A DNA stretch of 64,000 nt from a virus (lineage: Duplodnaviria > Caudoviricetes): IMG/VR virus record IMGVR_UViG_3300028412_000003; one strand, 5' to 3'. The translations under genes and the position numbers were made by a program. Positions 56,143 to 64,000 of the stretch are shown here, piece by piece (position 1 is the first letter of the stretch; every line of letters begins with the position of its first letter). The notes beneath the pieces were generated by a model. That model was not told the DNA's origin. It saw nothing but the letters and a program-made list of their open reading frames with translations, and did not search any database.

Positions 56143-59100
56143 TTACGAGGTTAAAAAGTATCCCAATGCAAGTGGTGCACCAGATACTGAACCTCTAAAA
56201 TCAACATTACTATTTATCGTTAACGTAGAACCAGAAGTTAATTCAATGACATTAGTTGAAATTTTAACCTGTCCTGCCGTTATACTGTTAACATTAAGTG
56301 TTGCCGCACCACTACCAATTTGAGAAGTGATGTATGTTTTGATTGCTTTCTGTGTTGGTACAATATTATCCGAATTAGCAGTAAAAGATCCATCAGTTGA
56401 GAATTCAGTAATAACCGTTCCTGATCCACCAATTTCAATTTCACCAAGCTGTAGTTCATTTAATCCAGAAATATTAAATGCTTCAACATTCAATGTTGCA
56501 ATACCAGTTGATTGTTCAATGTTAAACAATCCACCAACTCGGAAATTACCGTCTTGGTCGGTCGAAGTATAGAACACTCTTCCTCCCAAGAAATCATTTG
56601 TTTCTTTTTCTGGGTCTAGTGTGTTAACCGGTATTCCGGGATAATTCGTATCAAGTGTATTTCCTGTTCCAATATCTAGGAAGTCGTGTCCGGTTAATCG
56701 AACCTGACTGTACCTTATACGAAGCGTGACATCATCAAGATGTTCTGATGCTTCTTGTATTTCAATACCCGGACTAATCTGTATAGTGGCACTATATGGT
56801 CCTGTACCAGATAATTCTCTTACATTAACTACCTTATAATAATTTCCGGGTATATCATCAAACTCAATATTTGATCCTGCTGCAGGAATATTAGAAAGAT
56901 CTCTCACAAATACATTGGTTCCTGTTTGATAAAAATCTGCAAATCCGTCACCTAATATAGAAATTTCTGATGTAAGATATTGTGTTCCTCTATCAATCCA
57001 TGTTGGTTGTCCAAGAACACCGTTGCTTACTCTTACTTCATACGGTATAGGCGCTGTTTCGTTTGGATCTATTATTTCCATCCTTGGAGGATTATTTGGA
57101 TCATACCCTGTTCCAGGTTCAATAATTCTTATTTCTGTTATTTGATTGTCTGTAACTTTTGCTCTACCAATTGTTGTTATTCCCGATGAAGCAGGTGCTT
57201 CAAAAGAAAGTCTTGGTTCAATAATGTATTCAGTTGTTGCATCAAGTGCAGATTCAATTGCTGAAGAATTAACGTGTTCCCATCCAGCTGTGTCATCACT
57301 TGGTTTCTTAACCGTTGCAATTTTTGTTGCTGAATTGTAAGTGTCAATATAAGCATATTGTCCGGTTCCTGTACCACCTATTATCCATATTGCCATACCA
57401 ACATAAACAGCGGATGCTCTTGGATCTGTAGCAGAAATAGTAATCTGTGTTGAAGTTCCTCCCTGAGATTGCCCTGTTCCAGTAACGTATCCTGCGCCGC
57501 CAAATACATTCTCAGCTGAGTCATCTGGATTTAACAATCTTACTTGATATACTCCACCGTCTCTTATTTGAGCTGCATCAACTACTGCTCCAAATCCTTC
57601 ACCTGTAATAGTAAATCTAGTAGCAGAACCAATTGTATCAACATCAAATGTTACGTTAGCTGCTCCGCCACTTCCTAAATCAGAATCTGATATTGTAATA
57701 GTATCTCCAGGTACATGTCCTTCGCCACCTTTAACAACTACAACACTTTGAGGAAACCCAACATCATTTACAGTAATATCAAATTCTTGTCCTGTTCCTG
57801 ATCCATTAGAAGTACCAACTACTCCTCGGTAAGTTCCTTCGACCCTTAAAGCGTCAATTGCCAATGCGGCAGTATCAAGTGTTAAAATTGCAGACTCAGA
57901 ATTAGTATAATTTTGTCCAGCGTTTACATATTCTAAATGTATAATTTGATCATTATCCGTTACAACATTTGTTACCGCTGCGTTTCTAGTTCTATTATCA
58001 ATTTTACCAGTTATTGCTGTTTCGGTTGAATCAACCCCTTCTGCAACCGAACCAAAAGAACCGTATGAGTTATTCCCGTTTGTTGCACGAATCTTTCCAC
58101 CTTCTTCGGATAGATATCCAATATGACAGTAATAAGTAAAGACTGAAACAATTTCAGTTCTTGCTAGATTTGTACACCAAACTCCAATTCCATCAGATAA
58201 TATCTGTGTAAAGTCGTTTGCTACAATAGAATCATTTCCGCCATTGTGTAAATTTCCATCTACTTTAAGACCAACACACCCGGTTCCAAAAGTAGTAACG
58301 TTTTGAACATATGGAGATCTTGTTCTAATCCATACATCTTCGTCGGGTGGTCCCCAACCTGGATCAAGAGATGCATATGCTCCTGCTGATGGTCGCTTTG
58401 TTCCATTTATGTTTGCAGCACCAAGTGTACCAAATAATCCTCTTACTGTAAGGTTTCTTAAGCCAGTTGCATTTCTAAGATAGAACATATCTTCTGTTAA
58501 TGAACCCTGTACTGAATTAGCATAATACCTTGCAAATAACAAACTCTTATAATTTCCGGTATAAATTAAGTCGTATTTAATTGCATCTATATAACGATTT
58601 ATATCTCTTTCACATGAAAGAATATCATATGAAAATGCAGGATATGTATCTGCAATATAGGCTGTAATTTCAGCTACAATAAAATCTCTATTAGCTTCAA
58701 GTGTTTCAGTTGCGTATGTATATCCAGTTGAACTTTCAGGAGTATTTGATCCTCCTGTTGCCGGGATAGATGAATCTCCCGACACTCCGTTTATTCTATA
58801 ATCTATATAATCATAAATTTGCTGTACTAAGTTTTCGGCATCCGAAGCAGCAGATACCGAACCAGCTGGTCTCGTTGTAATCTGTGTTTCATTATTTCCG
58901 GTTGTTGCAGAAACCGCACTGTTCTGTATGATATCCGATATTATATCTCTTAACCTAGTTATTGCGTTGAGTGTCTCTGGTACATCGTTTGGATCAACAA
59001 AACTACCGCCTGCTACTATTCTTGTTGATCTTAGTCCGTCACCAACTACTGCTGTATATTCTGGTATTATCATTGGTAATACTTCTACAAACTCACCAGT

Positions 59101-61230
59101 CTTTACAAATAGTGTTTTGCTTGCAAAAACAAGAGCTGGAATGTTATCTGTATTTCCATTATTGATTGCGTCGGTTACTATTCCAATAAGTGAAGTACTA
59201 ACTGAGAGAGCGGTTGATTCTTCTGTAAATGTAGTATCTATTACTTGTGTGATCGGAGACCCAACTGCATTTAAAGTTTGATAATTTGCAGCAGGTGCTT
59301 CATTTCTTAATACAGCCGTTATAACTTCAATACCGTATTCAATTGCTGCAACAGTTTCTGCTTCTTGTCCTGTTATGTATGAACCAGAACTATCACCAGG
59401 GTAATAAGCAAGTGCAGCAAGTCTTGATCGTTGATTTCCGCCGTGTCCTAAGTCGTATACTATTGCATCGACTATTAATCCCATATCTCTACGACAGATA
59501 CTTTTATCGTAAGTAAATGCACCAGTAAAAGGAGCAATATCATTAGCAATTTGATAATCTACCCATTCAACTATTTCTGCTTGTATAAACGAACGATTCT
59601 TTTCAATTAAATTTCGTGCATTAAAATACTCTGCACCTTGTTCAATTTGTTCTAATCCGTAACGAACCGATTTCCACGGACGATCAATTGTAACGCCGTA
59701 ATTTGGGGCTTTTTCGTTTCTACCATTAACTGATTCAACATAATAAGTAAAACTAGTTTGTCCAAAATAAGTCCAGACCGGAGCAGTAGAGGTAGAGTTA
59801 ACTACTAATACCTGTCCTGGTGAACCAATTGGTAATCTAGCAGGGCCAGCTGCGCTATAATAAAGAAGATCACCCGTTGTGTTTAATACATTTGATTCTG
59901 CTCCACCTGCCATCAAATTCCAGTTTGTTCCTGCATTTATTTGATCAGGTCGATTAAGAGCAGTAGTTTCATCAGATGTGTGTTCTAAAATAGAAACATA
60001 AGAGTTTTCGTTGTAACTTACTACATCACCTTTATCATAAAAAGTTGCATCTGTCCATGCACCTTTCCAATAAAATCCCTCATTTAATTTTTCCCAGTAT
60101 GTCTGGTTTGGCGGACGATTTCCGTTACTTGAAAGTATGCAAAGATATGTCCACCCACCTACTCTAACTATATCACCCGGTAAGTAATCTTGGTTAGATG
60201 AATCATCTCCATAATCACCGCGGAAATTAAATCCAGTTATAAACACTTCCCAATCTGAAGTATTTGTTGTTGGTACTTTTCCGTTATTGTTAGTTTTTGC
60301 TAGGTAAGTATATCCACCATATGTTACAAGGTCACCAATTTGGTAAAATGTACCTACATCCCAGCTATCTTCAAATTCAAGACCTGGTACAAATACCGAC
60401 CAATTTGCTTGATCTGTTTGTATTGTTGACACGTTACTTGATGTATGATGCGTGGTACAAATATAAAGAGTTCCACCATCTTTAGCAACATCATTTATCT
60501 TATATCTAGTTACACCCGCCCAGTTGCCTTTGTATTCTATACCAGCATGAAAAGAATCCCAATTACCTTGGTCGTTTTCTAATCCAAGTGCTAATGTACC
60601 TGCAGAGGTATGACCGGTGTTACAGAAATAAAGTTGACCTCCATATTTTACAACATCACCGTATACATATCTTGTAGAGACTGACCAGTTATTTTTCCAA
60701 TCAATACTTTCTGAAAATAATGTCCAATTACCTTGATCCTGTTCAAGTCCAAGAGTTGTGGTCGCTGCAGAAGTATGTGCGGTATTAACGAGATATATTC
60801 TCGCTCCGTATTTTACTAAATCATTTACGCGATATCTTGTTGATACTTGCCAATTTCCAGTATAATCAAATCCTTCTGCAAACAGATCCCAACTAGCTTG
60901 ATCATCTTCTAATCCAAGAGCTGTGGTCGCTGCAGAGGTATGTCCGGTATTTGCGATATACAAATATCCACCATACTTGACTATATCATTTACTTTATAA
61001 AAAGTATCTACTTCCCAAGTATCTTTCCATTCTACACCCGAATTTAGTGTCTGCCATTTTGCAGTACTATCATTCAAGTCTGTGTAAAAATCAGGAGATG
61101 ATGTATGTCCAACTAAACAGATGTAAGTTGTTCCACCGTATCTTATTATATCATCCTTCAAATAAGATGTAGAGGTAGACCAGTTACTTTTCCATATAAA
61201 CCTAATTCTACCTAATTTAAATTCTGCCAT
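56143..61230 (-). CDS. Giant virion protein (1695 aa) with eight N-terminal W-x-G-x-W...YGG..Y repeats and a beta-helix-like core
   Basis: Repeats resemble CBM5/12-type modules; C-terminal RLTGHDFLDIGTG and TSTDQDGNFRVG. Confidence 0.7.
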   Translation of the reverse strand: MAEFKLGRIRFIWKSNWSTSTSYLKDDIIRYGGTTYICLVGHTSSPDFYTDLNDSTAKWQTLNSGVEWKDTWEVDTFYKVNDIVKYGGYLYIANTGHTSAATTALGLEDDQASWDLFAEGFDYTGNWQVSTRYRVNDLVKYGARIYLVNTAHTSAATTTLGLEQDQGNWTLFSESIDWKNNWSVSTRYVYGDVVKYGGQLYFCNTGHTSAGTLALGLENDQGNWDSFHAGIEYKGNWAGVTRYKINDVAKDGGTLYICTTHHTSSNVSTIQTDQANWSVFVPGLEFEDSWDVGTFYQIGDLVTYGGYTYLAKTNNNGKVPTTNTSDWEVFITGFNFRGDYGDDSSNQDYLPGDIVRVGGWTYLCILSSNGNRPPNQTYWEKLNEGFYWKGAWTDATFYDKGDVVSYNENSYVSILEHTSDETTALNRPDQINAGTNWNLMAGGAESNVLNTTGDLLYYSAAGPARLPIGSPGQVLVVNSTSTAPVWTYFGQTSFTYYVESVNGRNEKAPNYGVTIDRPWKSVRYGLEQIEQGAEYFNARNLIEKNRSFIQAEIVEWVDYQIANDIAPFTGAFTYDKSICRRDMGLIVDAIVYDLGHGGNQRSRLAALAYYPGDSSGSYITGQEAETVAAIEYGIEVITAVLRNEAPAANYQTLNAVGSPITQVIDTTFTEESTALSVSTSLIGIVTDAINNGNTDNIPALVFASKTLFVKTGEFVEVLPMIIPEYTAVVGDGLRSTRIVAGGSFVDPNDVPETLNAITRLRDIISDIIQNSAVSATTGNNETQITTRPAGSVSAASDAENLVQQIYDYIDYRINGVSGDSSIPATGGSNTPESSTGYTYATETLEANRDFIVAEITAYIADTYPAFSYDILSCERDINRYIDAIKYDLIYTGNYKSLLFARYYANSVQGSLTEDMFYLRNATGLRNLTVRGLFGTLGAANINGTKRPSAGAYASLDPGWGPPDEDVWIRTRSPYVQNVTTFGTGCVGLKVDGNLHNGGNDSIVANDFTQILSDGIGVWCTNLARTEIVSVFTYYCHIGYLSEEGGKIRATNGNNSYGSFGSVAEGVDSTETAITGKIDNRTRNAAVTNVVTDNDQIIHLEYVNAGQNYTNSESAILTLDTAALAIDALRVEGTYRGVVGTSNGSGTGQEFDITVNDVGFPQSVVVVKGGEGHVPGDTITISDSDLGSGGAANVTFDVDTIGSATRFTITGEGFGAVVDAAQIRDGGVYQVRLLNPDDSAENVFGGAGYVTGTGQSQGGTSTQITISATDPRASAVYVGMAIWIIGGTGTGQYAYIDTYNSATKIATVKKPSDDTAGWEHVNSSAIESALDATTEYIIEPRLSFEAPASSGITTIGRAKVTDNQITEIRIIEPGTGYDPNNPPRMEIIDPNETAPIPYEVRVSNGVLGQPTWIDRGTQYLTSEISILGDGFADFYQTGTNVFVRDLSNIPAAGSNIEFDDIPGNYYKVVNVRELSGTGPYSATIQISPGIEIQEASEHLDDVTLRIRYSQVRLTGHDFLDIGTGNTLDTNYPGIPVNTLDPEKETNDFLGGRVFYTSTDQDGNFRVGGLFNIEQSTGIATLNVEAFNISGLNELQLGEIEIGGSGTVITEFSTDGSFTANSDNIVPTQKAIKTYITSQIGSGAATLNVNSITAGQVKISTNVIELTSGSTLTINSNVDFRGSVSGAPLALGYFLTS

Positions 61231-61267
61231 TAAAATCTCCTGCGTACTATATTTATATTAATCATTT

Positions 61268-64000
61268 TTAGAAATTTCTTCCATTCTTTCTTAAGAAGTA
61301 ATATCGAGCAGTTATATCACCTTTCATTGATTGTATGTTAGTATTATCTACATTGAAAATGATATTATTACCAGATGAAACTATTTCATCTTCGTATGCT
61401 GATATTGCTCCTGCATTAAGTCTACTTACTCTAACTGTTGATCCACCGCCTGATATTCTCGATAGTAGATAAGCAGCAATTGCTTTTTGAGTTGGTACAA
61501 TATTGTTGCTATCGGCACCAAAGGTTGGATCTGTTGAAAATTCTCGTATTACTGTTGAAGAACCACCAACTACTACTCCACCTAATCTAATTTCATTTAA
61601 TCCACTAAGATCAAAGAAGTCTGCACTAATAGTGATAATACCAGTTGATTGTTCAACTTGGAAAAGTTCTCCTACACGGAAGTTACCGTCTTGGTCTGTT
61701 GAAGTATAGAACACTCTTCCTGTATTATATTCAATTACCTCATTAAATTGCTGTCTTTCATTTAAAGTAGTTTCTCCGAATATATAAAGATCAGGGTAAT
61801 CAGTATTAATTAAGTTTCCGGTTCCGATATCTAGGAAGTCATGTCCGGTTAATCTTATTTGACTATATTCCTGTCTTATAGTTACATCTTCGTTATTAAT
61901 TGGTGATTCTTGTAATCCTATACCCGGAGATATACTGATACTAGCATCAATAGTTGGTTGAGAACCAGAGCTAGATTCTACTCTAACAATAAAATATGAA
62001 CGATCATTAATACCACTTATTTGAAAACTATCACCTGGATTAGGCAATCTTGACAAATTCTTTAGAAAAACTAGTGTACCGGTTTGGTAAATGTCAGCAA
62101 ACCCGTCTCCACTTGTTATTGTTCCAGTTGCATTAGTATAAGAAGATCCTCTGTTTTTAAAGACAGGTTGTGCTAGAACTCCATTATTTAATCTTACATC
62201 AAATGTAACATCAGAAGTAGATGTATTGTCAACTATAGTTATAGTTGGTTCTGTAGTATATCCACCTCCTACATCATGTAATTCAAATTCACCTATTTGT
62301 CCAGATCCTGGATAGGTTGTTGCAAATGCCTTTGCTCCAACAAAGACAGTATGTGATATATTTGAACTAGAATCTGAAACAGTTACAAATTGATTTGTAC
62401 CATTTAATCTACCACCTGCTACTGCTCTCGTTGAAGTGTTAGTGGATAAGACTTCTGTAATCCAAGATCTAGCATCCCAACTTTTACAAGCAAGAACAGT
62501 ATCGGTTGCATTATATTGATTTGCCGTAGCATAAAATGCACCGTTTTTATCATAAGATATTGAACTCCATTCTGCTACAATTTCAAGCGGAGTTCCTGTA
62601 TATGTAAAATCTGTTATTGGTCCTGCTGACGAATCACTTACACCTGTAACTGTTAGAGTTATATCATTTGCAGGTGTTGTACCACCAACATTAGATCCTG
62701 CTATTATAACAATATCATCATCTGCATAATCATCACCGCCATCAACTAGTGTAACAATATAACGATTGTTTTGTTTGATTACATCAAACGTTGCAAAACT
62801 TCCAAGACTTGGACTCTGTGACGTGCTAGATACTCCGCTGTATGTAATAGGAGGAACAGTTAATTTTCCAGAATTCCAAGTAATACCATCATCTGAATAT
62901 GCAACAGTATTTGAACCAGACGAAACTGCCGCAAACGTTCCCTTACCGTATGTGATTGATTCCCATGATGTTGTTTCTGGTAATGTACTTGACGTCCATG
63001 TAGCGCCAAAATCTGTTGAATATGCTGCTTCATCCGAGTCTTGCGCAATTGCTACGAAAATTCCTTTTCCGTATGCTATAGATTTCCAAACACCCGGACT
63101 TGAAGAAACTGGCAAATCTCTAAAGGAATACGTAGTTCCGTCTTGTGTTAACAACGATGTATTACCGTCGCCTACGGCGATGTATCTATCTGATCCATAA
63201 GCAATACTTTGTATATTGATTACACCATCTGAAAAATTTTCTTGATCTGATGTGATAGTTAATCCAGTTTCTGTCCAACCGGTCGTAAAATCAACTGCTT
63301 GATTTTCTGTTAATACCGAAGAAATAGAACCTTCTGTTTTTTGATATAATCCAAGAGTTGAAGATTTTTCTATTTGAGCTCCCCAAACATAAAAATATTG
63401 TCCTACTGATGGAGCTCCACTATTAAATCTAAAATTAAAATCTAAAAATGTTCTAGTTCCGGTATATGTTAATGGGATTTCATATCTTATCCATTTATTA
63501 AATATTGTTTTTGTTTCCCCGATTGCATAATCAGATGTATCTTGTGCATCACAAACAATAGCCCAATTATTAATTCCGGATTGAGAAGGAACATAAACAT
63601 AAATGCTAATGAAATAATCATTAGCTGGTAATAATGTAATGCTTCTTAAAAATAAACCATTAGCAGTGACAGGGGTAGCTTCAAATTTGGTTCCGGTTAA
63701 CGTGTTATCCGGTGCTAACAACTCATTACTAGATATTGAAAAGAAATTAGCAAGAGAAACTCCTGCTATCCATTTTGATGTCTCAAAATTTTCTGAGTAA
63801 TCAAACAAATTAAAAGATAAAGGATAAGGTGATACAGAATTAGATGCTTCGAATATTGCTCCTCTAACAAATATTCCAGAAGTTCCGTCTCCTAAAAAGC
63901 TAGTTTGATTGTCAGATTGACAAACATTAATACTTACTACTTGAGTAGATACTGTAGCATCTGAAGTTGCTGTTATCGATAGTCTATACCATCCATTTCC
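61268..64000 (-). CDS. Large virion protein, 5' end outside the window; Asp-box repeats; shares C-terminal module with 56143..61230
   Basis: Frame stays open upstream of the track start 63808 (...GAIFEASNSVSPYPLSFNLFDY); YSTDFGATW, YSDDGITW. Confidence 0.7.
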   Translation of the reverse strand, partial: GNGWYRLSITATSDATVSTQVVSINVCQSDNQTSFLGDGTSGIFVRGAIFEASNSVSPYPLSFNLFDYSENFETSKWIAGVSLANFFSISSNELLAPDNTLTGTKFEATPVTANGLFLRSITLLPANDYFISIYVYVPSQSGINNWAIVCDAQDTSDYAIGETKTIFNKWIRYEIPLTYTGTRTFLDFNFRFNSGAPSVGQYFYVWGAQIEKSSTLGLYQKTEGSISSVLTENQAVDFTTGWTETGLTITSDQENFSDGVINIQSIAYGSDRYIAVGDGNTSLLTQDGTTYSFRDLPVSSSPGVWKSIAYGKGIFVAIAQDSDEAAYSTDFGATWTSSTLPETTSWESITYGKGTFAAVSSGSNTVAYSDDGITWNSGKLTVPPITYSGVSSTSQSPSLGSFATFDVIKQNNRYIVTLVDGGDDYADDDIVIIAGSNVGGTTPANDITLTVTGVSDSSAGPITDFTYTGTPLEIVAEWSSISYDKNGAFYATANQYNATDTVLACKSWDARSWITEVLSTNTSTRAVAGGRLNGTNQFVTVSDSSSNISHTVFVGAKAFATTYPGSGQIGEFELHDVGGGYTTEPTITIVDNTSTSDVTFDVRLNNGVLAQPVFKNRGSSYTNATGTITSGDGFADIYQTGTLVFLKNLSRLPNPGDSFQISGINDRSYFIVRVESSSGSQPTIDASISISPGIGLQESPINNEDVTIRQEYSQIRLTGHDFLDIGTGNLINTDYPDLYIFGETTLNERQQFNEVIEYNTGRVFYTSTDQDGNFRVGELFQVEQSTGIITISADFFDLSGLNEIRLGGVVVGGSSTVIREFSTDPTFGADSNNIVPTQKAIAAYLLSRISGGGSTVRVSRLNAGAISAYEDEIVSSGNNIIFNVDNTNIQSMKGDITARYYFLRKNGRNF

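Noticed and set aside
5673-63200. Many short antisense/overlapping track ORFs (e.g. 5673..6008, 16143..16514, 20228..20701, 35811..36290, 42574..42840, 62766..63200)
   Set aside because: Shadows of well-supported genes on the other strand or frame, with no independent signals.
61268-63808. TTG at 63808 as the true start of the last gene
   Set aside because: The frame remains open to the window edge, so the gene starts beyond 64000.
1-64000. Stop-codon reassignment, as seen in some large phages
   Set aside because: Core genes are full length under the standard code and end in TAA, TAG and TGA; the broken small genes need frameshifts, not readthrough.

Overview
An AT-rich segment of a large T4-like (myovirus-type, probably jumbo) bacteriophage genome; no bacterial housekeeping context, rRNA, tRNA or CRISPR array is visible. 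Layout: (1) 1-960, a repeat-rich then GC-rich region with origin/terminus-like architecture; (2) 1020-4838, an array of about 13 short paralogues sharing a C-terminal F-x6-T-x-F-x-L motif, three frameshifted; (3) 5012-19185, replication genes (helicase, primase, a 185-aa DnaE-like protein, clamp-loader-like subunit, UvsW) plus peptide deformylase, ADP-ribosylglycohydrolase and a truncated carbamoyltransferase; (4) 19202-27050, a glycosyl-/methyltransferase island; (5) UvsY, UvsX and gp32; (6) a terminase large subunit fractured at its Walker B motif by an atypically split intein (39-aa IntN, 108-aa IntC), with a Vsr-like endonuclease gene between the halves; (7) head-completion, tube, sheath and neck genes, where two adjacent genes appear to start at ATT; (8) a NUDIX-cupin-GmhB block converging on a Cys-rich fibre / GT9-like / carbamoyltransferase operon; (9) two giant repeat-containing virion proteins, the last running off the window end. 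Many sigma70-type and T4 late-type (TAAATA) promoter motifs lie 3-6 nt before an ATG, suggesting widespread leaderless mRNAs. All product calls come from motif recognition by eye; no database searches were run.
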